Source: Malacoraja senta (Eukaryota). Taken from it: 64,000 nt of DNA. How positions within the stretch are numbered: the stretch's first letter is position 1; every line of letters starts with the position of its first letter. The stretch spans positions 186,001 to 250,000 of the forward strand of contig JAXLNO010001265.1 of assembly GCA_038087875.1 (NCBI GenBank). The letters run 5' to 3'. The notes below the pieces were generated by a model that saw nothing but the letters and a program-made list of their open reading frames with translations, made no database searches and was not told where the DNA came from. Positions 1 to 12,083 of the stretch are shown here, in pieces. Made by a program: the position numbers and the translations under genes.

Positions 1-582
1 GCCTCTGGTTCTTTGTTAGATGGCTTTTATTCTTTTGTGAACCTGGACAATCGGTGAGGCTTATTTTCAGTGAACGTATTATGACTCTGAGGTCCTCGCC
101 CAGTGACAAACACTACTGGACTTGCGAACAATGTCCGCATTTAAAAATGAATAAAAATTCCCTGCAGTTCTCTATTCCTCCTTTCAATGCTCATTCAAAT
201 TATCTCTCAGGCCACTGGAAGACTATTCAGATAGAAGTGTTTGGTTATATTTCATCTTCAGGATGCAAAGACTGGTTCCAACCCTCCCACTATCAAACAG
301 AACAGGGAAAACACATCCTGCTGCCCTCTACCCTGCCCCGTGAGTGAATAGTCAAACCAGGCCTTCATTTTTAATTCTTTCCTTGATTTGGAGCTAATTC
401 CTTTTGTTACCGAACACTTACCTTGAAATTCACTGATGAATTGTTGTAACTATATGCAACAATGTGCCAGGAAATGTTAAAATCGCCTTTGTCGGTTTGT
501 AGAAGTACCTTACAGTGTTTAAGAACACTGGTCATGGAGTGATACATTGTGGAAACGGGTCCTTCGGCCCAACTTGCCCGCA

Positions 583-970
583 ATTGAATTGAATTGAATT
601 GAATGCTATTTATTGTCATTCAAGCCTAGGCTTGAACGAAATATCATTACTACAGTTTTTTTAACACATTACAAAAAAACCAAGACCCACACTTAACACA
701 GTTTACATAAACATCCATCACAGTGAGTCTCCAACACCTCCTCACTGTGATGGAAGGCAAAGTCTTATCTCTTCCCTTTATTCTTCACCTGCGGTCCAGC
801 ATTCCAACTGCAGCGTCGAGGCGAACTGGGGCTCCGGTGTTAAAGCCCCCGGCGGACGATGGCAATTCCCGTGGCCATTCAGCCACGCCGGGCGATGCTA
901 GGCCCCGGCTCCGCGCCCTTCAAACCCCGCGGTTCAAGCAGTCCAACCCGCAGTCCAACTGCTGTGTCTA
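583..970 (-). mobile_element. 3' portion of an interspersed retroposon (SINE/LINE-tail type) with (TTCAA)n tail
   Basis: (TTGAA)n tail at ~583-603, followed by tttattgtcat. Contains a hairpin segment also present in opposite orientation at ~48170-48320. Confidence 0.5.
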
Positions 971-2520
971 GGCGAACTGCAATATGGCCTGGAGGGAAAA
1001 ATATCATCCCTACCAGAGCAGCTAGGGAATTTAAGAGAAGCCGTTCTCAGTAAAGCTAAACAAGAAATGGCCTGGTTGTCATAAAATGTCATCTAGTTCA
1101 CGATGCTTTTCAGAAAATGTATCATTCTTTCCTGGTCTGATCTCCATGTAAATCCAGACCCACTCACATGGTTAACTTTTAACTACCTTCAGAAGTAGAT
1201 CAACAAGCCACCCTATTCAAGAGCAATTAGTGGCATACAATAATATGTCAGTGATGTCTGTTGTTCATAATGAATAAAAATTCCACTGAAACTTAAATCG
1301 TCAGGTCAAGTTAAGTAAAGTTTATTGTGATCTGCACAGTGAGATATGGGTATAATAAAACCTTGCTTGCAGCAGCATCACATGCACATAGGCTCAGACA
1401 GCGCACAGAAAATACATAAATTATTCATAAATTACACATACATTTTGCAAGACTCTAAAAACCAAAAAGAATGCAAAAACAAGCAAGACATACTGTAAGT
1501 GCAAACACAATTAGAAAACAAAGTCCATTATAGTTGTAGGAAAGTAGCTGTTCCTGAATCTGATATTGTGTGAGTTCAGGATTCTGTAGTTTCTGCCTGA
1601 TGGTAGCAACAAGAAAAGCTTTGGTCTGGATGGTTTGAAACTTTGAGTTGTTCCAGCTGCATTCATCCAGGCAAATGGGGAGTATTCCAACTTGCCTAAG
1701 ACTTGTGGCTTTTTATATGCTTGAGGCAATTTGAGGTGTCTGGAAGCAGGTGATCTTTCATGATCATATTCCATAATTCATGTTTGTGTTGAAATTCAAC
1801 GTGTGTATTCTTTAAGTCTCACTGTGGAATTTGAATGAGTTTTCTGCTAAGATCACAGACCAGAACATGAGGAACCCCATGAAATTCCAAGGAGATAATC
1901 ATCCTTCAACCTTATTCTGTTGAACCTGCATCCTCTGATATTTGAAACTTCTACAATTAGAAACAAACTGGAGAAGCCACCCTTAGCAATCCGGAACTCG
2001 TAATATCAGATCACCAAATGTCCCCTTTCAACAAAGAAAATCCGTTCTTTTTTATTTTGCCGAAAACATAATAAATTCATGAGCATAAATAATAATAATT
2101 ATTGCTCCACAGGGAGAAAAAATATCATTCCTAAGGTGCCCACAGAACTCCGGGTTTAAGTGTAACCAATGCATGATATACGACAATATTAATCTCTGTT
2201 TGCCACATGCATGGGGGTAGATTTTGACAGCGGGCTGATGTTAAAAGAGCTGCCACTGGTTTTGCAATAGCTATATCAAGAGCAACCCGAACATGCCCAT
2301 TTGTTTCTAAATTACACATTCAGCTTGGAGGTTTACAAAGGGGAACCATTAATAATTTCCGATTGCTATTGTTATTTTTCCGATTGAGAATTTATATAGA
2401 CATTGGATGTCATATTAGCCCTGGTTTCTCAGAGCGGCAGATTAACAAACTCATGATCAGGCCATTAGACCTTTGCTTCTATTTGTTTCTATAATCTCTT
2501 CCCTAACTTTGCACCTGCAG

Positions 2521-2589
2521 TCAGATGGATCTGGGAAGCTTAACCTGGTGGAGTTTAAGCGTCTATGGAACAAGATTAAGCAATGGCAG
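2521..2589 (+). CDS. CAPN3: CAPN3 PEF-domain exon (69 nt)
   Basis: ctgcag|TCAGAT...TGGCAG|gtatgt; [23 protein letters not shown]. Confidence 0.93.
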
Positions 2590-5500
2590 GTATGTGGCAC
2601 TGGAGAGTTTGGAGAAATTATTTCCACATATAATGTTACTGTTGACTGTCGTTTGACATTCTCACATCAGCAGAACTAGAAGAGAGGTTCATTTAGACTC
2701 TGGTAAGTTCTCAGTGATAGGATCTCAGTTCTCAGTGATAGGACCCGCCATCTTCAATGCTGTTCATTTCCCCGATGTACCTTTTAACATTGTCAAATCA
2801 CCACCAGACCTGGTGAGGGATTATGCATGTCCCCACTACGCAACACCACTCCTCTGTACTGTACTCCCCAGCCAGATGGATAACTATGAATGTTAGGATT
2901 TGATCAATACTGGCAGCAGAAATGTGCTTGGTCAACTTTAGTAGCTTTGATGTTTTGAGTCTGATGTGACACAGGATCACATGACTAGGGTTGTCTGTGG
3001 GATTCCCCTATTGGCAGGTGGTTCTCTCTTTTGCACTGGGGCATTATTGTCTATACACCCTAATGTCAGCAATGCCCCCACAAGATACCCATTGATCACC
3101 TAGATCCGGTCAGTCACAGTGCCATGGAGCAGTACGGCCAGAACCAATCTAATCCTGTAATCACAGGTACTTTACAGCAGGTTCGCCCTGGGAAGAGAGC
3201 AGGTCACCAAACCTGGTGATTTGCCACCTCAACACTCAGGAATGGCTGGTTGAACGATTGCTTCAATACCACTCCCTCCCTGGCCAGAGAAGCAAAAGTA
3301 AAATCAGAAATTAAAATGGCAACCTTCATCTCCACGCTGGGCGATGTGACATATTGCAGTGCAGTTACCCACTGGGCAAATTGCCAGGCAAGGACCTGAG
3401 TCTCCCAGATAAATTGTACCAAAGTTCATCAATTGCAAAATAATTGAAGGCTGAAGGTTCATCTTGTTCAGTTTTATTAGAGAATATGACAGAGATTAAG
3501 CCCATGTCCTTTATAGTACATACTGTAAGACATGTTGCAACATTGTTGAACACACAATGAATTATTATTGCTTTTGTAAATGTAAATGGTGAGGTCAGCA
3601 ACTTTTACTCTAGTGACCAGAAGAAGTGGCCAAATTGTGGGCACATCCCTGCCTGAAATGTGGCTGCTTGGTAAGATGGTGAACGTGCCGGTCAGTCTGG
3701 TTGTCCAGTCCCTCAGACACAGACCTGGAACTGCACCCTGATCCTGGTCACTCAGAGATGGAACTGTGTCTGCAGATTGGCCTCGGCCATTGGCACGTGG
3801 TCCTGTAATTCCATTTAAACTCCCAGACAAACATTTTATCATTGTGATTTCTTGATTACTTGCAGACAATCTTTCAGGAATATGACAAGGACAATTCTGG
3901 AGTGATTGATAGCTATGAAATGCGCAGTGCTGTGAATGATGCAGGTGAGTGGCAGTGAGTTAGGGTGTCTACAGGTGGCATTGGCTGCACTGTCCTTATG
4001 AGGAACTCAGCAGCTGCACTTACACTATGGGCCGAAGGTTCAGATCCACAGGGATGGGATCACAATGAGGTTTTCAGGCCGAGTCATGGTTCTGTAAATG
4101 ATGTGTGCTTCTGGAAGCCAGCATGTCCCATTGTATCTGCCCCAATATCACTTCCCAAGGCAAAGCACATAATATAAAACTCAGATAATCTAACACTTAT
4201 GGGCCTGTCCCACTTAGGTGATTTTTCAGCGGACTGCCAGCAGTCGCCTGAAAAAACGGCAAATGGAACGGCGAATGTCAGAGTGGAAGACACACTCACA
4301 CACACGAACACATCGCTCCCTTCACCAGCCCGTTATGCAGGCGGGGGACAGGGCAAGCGGGGGGAGCGTTGTCTATAAAATTCACACGGTGCAAAGCCAA
4401 GGTGAAACAGACACACACCGCGATGAACAGGAAGGTTGGCGCTGTTAAAAGACGGCTAAAGTCTAGTGTACGATGAGTCCTTTAAAATGGGGGGGTAGAA
4501 GGAGGGGGGGGCAGAAGGAGGGGGACTGGAGAAAGAGGGGGGGGAGAAGGAGGGGGGGAGAGAAGGAGGGGGGGGAGAGAAGGAGGGGGGGTGAGAAGGA
4601 GGGGGGGGGTGAGAAGGAGGGGGGGGGAGAGAAGGAGGGGGGGAGAGAAGGAGGGGGGGAGAGAAGGAGGGGGGTGAGAAGGAGGGGGGGAGAGAAGGAG
4701 GGGGGGGAGAGAAGGAGCGGTGGGAGAGAAGGAGGGGGGGGAGGAGGGGGGGGCAGGAGGGGGGGGGAGAGATGGAGGGGTGGGAGAGAAGGAGGGGGGG
4801 AGAGAAGGAGGGGGGGAGAGAAGGAGGGGGGGGAGAGAAGGAGGGGGGGAGAGAAGGAGGGGAGGGAGAGAAGGAGGGGGGGGAGAGAAGGAGGGGGGGG
4901 AGAGAGAAGGAGGGGGGGAGAGAGAAGGGGGGGGGAGAGAAGGAGGTGGGGGAGAGAAGGAGGGGGGGAGAGAAGGAGGAGGGGGGGAGAGGAGAATGAG
5001 GGGGGGAGGAGAAGGAGGGGGGGAGGAGAAGGAGGGGGGGGAGGAGAAGGAGGGGGGGAGGAGAAGGAGGGGGGGGAGAAGGAGGGGGGGGAGGAGAAGG
5101 AGGGGGGGAGGAGAAGGAGGGGGGGAGGAGAAGGAGGGGGGAGGAGAAGGAGGGGGGGGAGGTGAAGAGGGGGGGAGGAGAAGGAGGGGGGGAGGAGAAG
5201 GAGGGGGGGGAGAAGGAGGGGGGGGAGGAGAAGGAGGGGGGGAGGAGAAGGAGGGGGGGAGGAGAAGGAGGGGGGGAGGAGAAGGAGGGGGGGAGGAGAA
5301 GGAGGGGGGGAGGAGAAGGAGGGGGGGTGGAGAAGGAGGGGGTGGGAGAGGAGGGGGGGTGGAGAAGGAGGGGGGGTGGAGAAGGAGGGGGGGTGGAGAA
5401 GGAGGGGGGGTGGAGAAGGAGGGGGGGGTGGAGAAGGAGGGGAGGGGTGGAGAAGGAGGGGGGGTGGAGAAGGAGGGGGGGGGGAGAAGGAGTGGAGACA

Positions 5501-8500
5501 ACTTTTAAGAAGCCAGAGATACACGGCTGTGAAGCTCGGCGGACATTTAACATTACCGGTCGGTTATCCTTGGTTCTGAAAACTACTGCTTACCTTTTTT
5601 TCCTCAATGAGCCAATGAGATTCACTGGTCAGCACCGGCTACAACCTACGAGAACCTCCGAGAACCTTCGACCACCTGGCAACCCATTAGGACCTCCTGG
5701 CGACCCACCTACGGCTCGGGAATTCTCGCTACTCTCCATGGCGGCTTCATTCTAGTCGCCGCTAATTTTTCAACATGTTGAAAAATTCACGGCGACCATA
5801 ATGAGGCCGCTACTAGTTCCCAGAATGCGGGAACTCCTCACGACCATGAAGGCGACTCCCCGGCAACCACCCGGGAACGAGCATAGTCTCCTGCAGTCGC
5901 CTAAATAGTCGCCTAAGTGGGACAGGCCCATTAAGTTTAGGTTTATTATTGTCACATGTACCGAGGTTTAGTGAAATACATTGTTTTGCATGCCACCCAA
6001 TCAGATCAGATAATACTATATGTAAATACAATCACATCCAACTCAGGAACATTAGGGAGAGCAAAGGGGAAAATACAGGATGCAGAATATAGTTTGCATC
6101 ATTGTAGCGCACCATTCCCAGAGACGAGGTCCAATGTCCACAATGGGGTAGAGGTGAATTTGACAGAACCCTGACTTGAGGAAGAACCATTCAGAAGTCC
6201 AATAATAGGGGAAGAAGCTGTTCCTACGTCTTGTGGTGCATGCTTTCAGGTTTCTGCACCTTTAGCCCCATGGGAGAAGGGGGAAGAATGAATAACTGGC
6301 TTGGGCAAGCCTTTGATTCTGTTGGCTGCTTTTCCAAGGCAGCATGGTGTCAAATGAGTCTTTGTTTTACTCCCTCGAATTTTTAGCTTCTGCCCTCCCC
6401 CCTACTGTAATCAGTCTGAACAAGAGTCCAAAGCCAAAATGTCATCTGTCCATTCCCTCCACTGATGAGTTCCTCCAGCACTTTGTGTTTCGTTCAAGAT
6501 TCCAACATCTGCAGTTTTGTGTCTCATCTTTCTCCGTTTAAACATTCCCATTATGTACTCCTGTCAAGCAAAGCTGCCGAGCTGGGAATGAGGAGGAAAA
6601 CTGTTGGATGAGTTGTTCCTGTCCTTAACAGTTCCTGAGCAAATATCAGGGGGGTGATTGGGAGTGTTGTGGTGGTGTGTAGGATGCAGGTCACGAGGAG
6701 TGGTGGAGACCTGCTGATGGGCTGGTGGGGGTGCTTTATATTCATTAGGGATGTCAGGATGTTAGTAAGTATTTCAACTCCTGGAAACCTCCCAGGCCAG
6801 TGATGTGGTAGTAAAATCTAGCTGCTCTGGGAATGGCCACCAAAAGCATTCCCAAGAAAACAAGGTCCCAGTTTCTCATGCAAAAGCAGCTTTTCACAGG
6901 GAACAACAACTTCATACATAGTGATGAAAATGATATGGAGATCACAATGGTGACCTGGCGGAAGGTTGAAACTTCTGAGCCACACAAATGGCAGCTGAGG
7001 TTACCCGTACCATGTGAGAAGATAGTGTGACAGAGGGAATTGGTTTGTAAGCGCTTGGTTTAGTGAAATGATGGGGACTGTTGATGAGAGTCAGTGTGGT
7101 GCAGCAGACCTTCTTTCTTCTGTAGGCTTCCGTCTGAACAGCCAGTTGTACGACCTCATCTCCATGCGCTACGCCGATGTGAACATGAACCTGGACTTCG
7201 ACAGCTTCATCTGCTGCTTCGTGAGGCTGGAGGGGATGTTCAGTAAGTGCAATGGTGTGCATCCCCCACATCAGCAATGGCTCTGCAGCTTCCCTGGTGT
7301 GCCGGGTGGAACTTGAACCTTTAACTTTGGTGGCCTGAGATGGTTTCTATTGGGATCCTTGGAACCAGATTAAGTCAGGATTGAAGCTTCCCTTCATGAA
7401 GCTGGCCTCGTTGCTCAGAAATAACCCCAGGTGTCACACTGATTTAATGCGGGTGTCCAGTTATTAAACATCCCTTTCCCAAACACAAACCGCTGTGTTT
7501 CTGACATATATTCATTCAACTATTGCCGATAACTTCCATCCCATTTTTTCCATTAACTTGTCACATAAGAACAATATGTAGAAGCAGCAATATGCCATTC
7601 ATACCCTCATGCCTGCTCCACCATGGCTGATATCTTGCCTTGGTACCACTATCCTGTATTATTTTCATATCCCTTGGTTGCCATAATGTCTACAATTCCG
7701 TCGATCTCTGTCTTGAATGTGCTGAGCAAATATTTGGTTTTCTCCCTAAGCATCAGAGATACCTCCTATGTCCTGTTAACTTGTAAGACCAAGAGTCACC
7801 ATCTGCTCTTTCAAGTCTTTCAACTCTTCAACCAACATGTCCCCACCCCAGCAGTCCCAGCACCTGATCATCATCTGTTCCTACTCTCAGATTGCATTGC
7901 TGATTGGAACCATGACTGGACCTTCCTCCCATGATAAGAATGTACCCTCTCCCCATGCTTTCAGGCAATTCCTTTCTTGGGGGGGACACTTCAAGGAAGA
8001 TGGCTGTGGTTGTTGGCGGTCAATCATCTGAGCCAAAGGACATCATTGCCTGAGTTCTTCAGGGCAGTGTCCTAGGCCCAACCACTTCCATCTGCTACAT
8101 CAGTGACATTCCTTCCATCATAAGATCAGAGATGGGGATGTTCGCTGATGATTGCATAATGTTCATACTCATTCACAATATCTCCTCAGCAAGACCTAGA
8201 CAACATTCAGGCACGGGTAGATAGGATTCGTGCTACTATCTCCAACATAAGAGAGTTAACCTACCTTTGTCATTCAAAGGCGTTATCTTCTCCCACTGTC
8301 AGCATCCTGAGGGGTGGAGGCAGTCACCATCGATCAGAAACTCAAATGAACCAGCCAATAGAAACCATGACTGCAAGAGGCTGTCAGAAGCTGGGTATCC
8401 TGTGGCAAGTGATCCACCTCCTGATATCCCATGGCCACGCAGCATCTACAGGGCACAAGTCAAGGATGTTTTGGAATGCTCTGCACTTACCTGATGAGTA

Positions 8501-10760
8501 CATTGCCTAGAGTCCTTAGTCAGTTTGAAACCATCCAGGACAAAGTGGTCTGCATGACAAAGTGCAGTGTACTTCACTGACCAGCTTAAATGCCCATACC
8601 CTCCACCACTAGTGCACATTGGCTGTACCATCTGCAAAACGCACTGGAGTTACTCACTCAGGCTACACTGAAAGCCACCCTTGCAAACCCAACACCAAGA
8701 CAATGGCAGCAAGGGCCAGAGAGCATCACCACATGCAGGTCCATCCCCAAGGTGCACACCAGCCTGATTTGGAAATGGATTGTTGATCCTTCCTTGCTGC
8801 TGTGTCCAGATCCTGGAATCCCCCCCCCCCCAAACAGCACTGTGTGAGCACCTTCACCAGAAAGGCTGCAAAGATTGAAAGGCTGCACCAAAACCAACTA
8901 GGGCTGGGCAATAAATGATGGCCTTGCCAGTGACACCAATATGTTGAACATTGAAGGTTTAAAAAAAAGTTATTTACAATCAGGAGGCTTTGCTTCAGAT
9001 TTGAAGTTGAACACTTAATCTCGGGAGCACTCTTCATCATATCCCCACCAGTGGGTATTCAAGCGGGAGTTAGATATAGCTCATAGGGCTAACGGAATCA
9101 AAGGATATGGGGAGAAAGCAGGAACGGGGTACTGATTTTGGATGATCAGCCAAAGTGCTGGCTCGAAGGGCCGAATGGCCTACTCCTGCACCTATTGTCT
9201 ATTGTCTATTGATGGGAACATTGGAAAAATAAAAGGCGAAGGGAGGGTGCAATTAATATGCATGGGTAGTTGATAGTTGCCGCAGATTCAATTGGCCAAA
9301 AGGCCTGGTTCTGTGCTGTATCTCCATGATTATGACTCAACTGAGCAAAGAGTGGATGTGAATCCTTCTGGTGTTCTCAGTACCACGATACAAGCATCAA
9401 TGTTGCAATCTTTGCATGTGTGTTATTGAGCATGGTTATCCTTCCTGTTCTGCAGGAGCCTTCAATGCATTCGACAAAGATGGGGATGGAATTATTAAAC
9501 TGAATGTCCTGGAGGTAGGTGTGACAGCGCCGGTTTCTTGCCAAGAAACAGAAGTCCCGAGTGGGCACTGAAAGGTGTAAATCACACCAACGGTCCTGAC
9601 CCAGACATCCGCAACTGTTTGAAGGTGTTGTTTGTTCTTTTTTTCTTTTTTTTCTGGGAGGAATATGACATTTCTCCTTTATTGGTGTGCTGGTGCCCAA
9701 TGTTTGCAGATTTGTAACCACAAATGTACAGCAGTGTCAATGTGGTCTCCAGTCGAGAGCTGTGCTGGGTTAGCCCAGCCACCATGGCAGACTAACATCA
9801 GTAGTGAAGGCTACCATGTGAGAGAAGACATTTCTCATCCCATATCTCCTTCACCATGGTCTGCTCTCCTCCCTATCACACCTAGAATCCTGTGACGTGT
9901 CACGTGATCATTGAGCCAAGCCTGACATTATGTTCTAATAGTTACATTAGCCATAAGGCCTTGGTCTGAGTACGCTGAGACATCTATGAGCAGTCATGGA
10001 ACTGCCTTGTCAAGTGCCCCAATGTGTCACTTTAAATCACAAGCAAAGGAAGAACATGGCGTGCTGTACTCCTAGTTCTCAGATCTCCCCGCAATGATCA
10101 TTGTGTGGAACTTTGAGATCCAATTTCTATCAGTATGAGCTGAAACGTGCACTGTGTGACAACTTACATCATTTGGTCTGCTGCTGACTCCAAGGTCAGG
10201 CACACTGATGCTCATCGGCTGATTGTGTGATTAGTGCCATTTCACTCAGGAATAATTTCCATCAAATTTACTCCGTTAAAATCCACTTAATTGATCCAAT
10301 TTCCAAGGTAGCCCACTCCCACATACCATAGGTTTGCAGGTTTATTGGCCTCTGTAAGTTACCGCTTGTGTGCAGGGAGTAGATGCAAAAGTAGGATAAC
10401 CTAGAACTAGTTTGAATGGGAGATTGATAGTTGCCATGGATTCAGAGAGCAGAAGGGCTGTTTCCATGCTATATCTTTACATCAATCAGTTCACCCTACA
10501 CCCTTTCTTCTGGTAAAATAAAAGATGGCAGGTTCCTACTCATAAGTTTCCCATCTGTAGTCTTCTCACTGAAAATAGTCTCTGACCTGTGGGCCATTCT
10601 CCTCATTCAAGGAGGAGGGTGGTGGTGGGGAGGCAACACTCTGTCGCCATGCTTTGTTAAAGGTGTCTTGACAGGCAGGAGTCCACACAAAATTATCACT
10701 GTGGGATAAATTTTTATGATCTCATTTCCACAGTGGCTGCAGCTTACCATATATGCTTAA
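2521..10760 (+). CDS. CAPN3: Calpain-3, 3' part (last 5 coding exons: join 2521-2589,3866-3944,7126-7242,9456-9514,10734-10760); 5' part lies upstream of the window
   Basis: Spliced translation [116 protein letters not shown]. All introns are GT-AG with consistent phases. Exon sizes 69/79/117/59/27 fit the classical-calpain PEF exon pattern. [26 protein letters not shown] and WLQLTxYA match CAPN3 as recalled. Confidence 0.9.
3866..3944 (+). CDS. CAPN3: CAPN3 PEF-domain exon (79 nt)
   Basis: ttgcag|ACAATC...GATGCAG|gtgagt; EF-hand loop [12 protein letters not shown]; not in the ORF track. Confidence 0.93.
4200..5930. mobile_element. Non-autonomous PIF/Harbinger-type DNA transposon (MITE-like) in a CAPN3 intron
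   Basis: 22-bp terminal inverted repeats TGGGCCTGTCCCACTTAGG(T/C)GA (21/22 match). 3-bp TTA target-site duplication at 4197-4199 and 5931-5933. No transposase ORF. Confidence 0.85.
4489..5497 (+). repeat. Polypurine minisatellite (GGAGAAGGAGGGGGG)n, ~1 kb
   Basis: Almost pure G/A tandem repeat of ~15-18 nt units with variable G-run length. Confidence 0.97.
5935..6350 (-). mobile_element. Rex1/L2-like LINE 3' fragment
   Basis: gtttaggtttattattgtcacatgtaccgagg... tail; the same family occurs at ~1310-1640, 15825-16060, 33385-34125 and 60290-60450. Confidence 0.55.
7126..7242 (+). CDS. CAPN3: CAPN3 PEF-domain exon (117 nt)
   Basis: ctgtag|GCTTCC...ATGTTCA|gtaagt; [38 protein letters not shown]. 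Confidence 0.95.
7965..8935 (+). mobile_element. Degraded LINE (RT-derived) fragment
   Basis: cagggcagtgtcctaggccca (QGSVLGP) and atgttcgctgatgattgc (MFADDC) RT motifs, with frameshifts. Confidence 0.65.
9052..9212 (+). mobile_element. CR1-type LINE 3' end
   Basis: ggatatggggagaaagcaggaacggggtactga...gaagggccgaatggcctactcctgcacc followed by a (tattgtc)n tail. Confidence 0.75.
9456..9514 (+). CDS. CAPN3: CAPN3 penultimate exon (59 nt)
   Basis: ctgcag|GAGCC...CTGGAG|gtaggt; [19 protein letters not shown]. Confidence 0.95.
10734..10760 (+). CDS. CAPN3: CAPN3 terminal coding exon
   Basis: ccacag|TGGCTGCAGCTTACCATATATGCTTAA = WLQLTIYA*. Confidence 0.93.
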   Translation, partial: WLQLTIYA

Positions 10761-12083
10761 AGGTCACAGGATTCGAGGGTCTGTCAATTACCTCAAAGTC
10801 AACATGCGAACCTGAACAGCACCATACAGCAAGCCAAACTCCTCGATTCAGTGACATTTGGAATAATCAGGAGAAGGACTTCGCGGCATGAAACTGTCAG
10901 ATCAGCACGTGTGTGTGTGAGTGTGTGTGGACCTCTAGGAATTGGAGCACCTGAAACCAATTTAAGGATTTCTTTATTGATCTTGATTAAGTTTTCCAAT
11001 AGCCCCCCGACCCTAGTCTCTCATGGCCAGTAGGTAGTGCCCTGATAATAACTAAAACATCCCAGATTTGGTTGGGATGAGTTAGTGGATCTCACAAGCA
11101 GCCGAATCACTGGAACAGTACTCAGCATGCCAGGACTAAGGACGGGGATTATCAATCATAGTTTTCCTTACTGTAGTGACTCAAATGGAGCAGTGAGTAT
11201 GTGGAATATATCCAGGCTTTTATTAACATTTCTGTTCTGCTATTCTTTATTGTAATTGCCCTGGTGATAACTAAAATTATTAGAGGTTTTGGCATTTAAA
11301 ACATCTCTGTACATTGCTACTGGAGCCAACATTATAGAATGTTATTGGACAGTTATTGATTCCAGTGGTTCTTATTTTGTCTTTAATTTCCAGAAGACAT
11401 TATTTCTTTGCGGGAGACACATGAGACTGCAGCTGGAATCTTGAGCAAAGAAATAGTAGTGGAGGAACTCAGCAAGTCAGGCAGCATCTGTGGAGGGAAA
11501 TGGACAGACGCTGTTTTGAGTCAGGACCCTTCTTCAGAGTAGGGAGGAGAAAACTAGAAAAGAGAGATGGGGGAGGGGGCAAAGTATTGCAAGAGGTGGA
11601 TGGAACAGTTGATGATGGAGATTGGCATGATTAGTGAATTTAGTGGCAAAGGCTAGAGGTGAAAAATAAATGAAAGAGTGTCAGATATGTCAAAATGACT
11701 GTTCTCAAATTAGTTTCTGGCAATGACAAAACTGCAGATGACAAGACTGACATAAACTACAGCTAAAACAGTCAGGATTAAAAAAATATATATCCTAGAA
11801 TCTATTTGCAGCCTGCCAAGGTGAGAATACACAGCACGTTGGCTGAAAAGCTGAGCTGTGTTGGCCGCTTAAATGGTGTCTGGGTATGAATACCATGTCC
11901 CGACTGTAAACCAATATCAGTGCAGTTCTGATGCAGTCGGAAAAGCGGTGGTGGAAATTGACATTGTAATTGCTGGGGAGGCTCATGGCAGAACAGGGTT
12001 TCTTTGGCTTTGATAAATTAACAGCAGGTTAACACGTATTAGTTTCGGTTCACACAAATTACAACGGCTCACACGGTTTACTT

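Noticed and set aside
1-2520. Further upstream CAPN3 exons
   Set aside because: No segment resembling the preceding exon (..SCRSMIALMD) was found; it presumably lies before the window.
4456-5755. Long Pro/Ser/Leu- and Gly/Glu/Arg-rich ORFs (up to 365 aa)
   Set aside because: Artefacts of a stop-free G/A minisatellite inside a MITE; open in nearly all frames.
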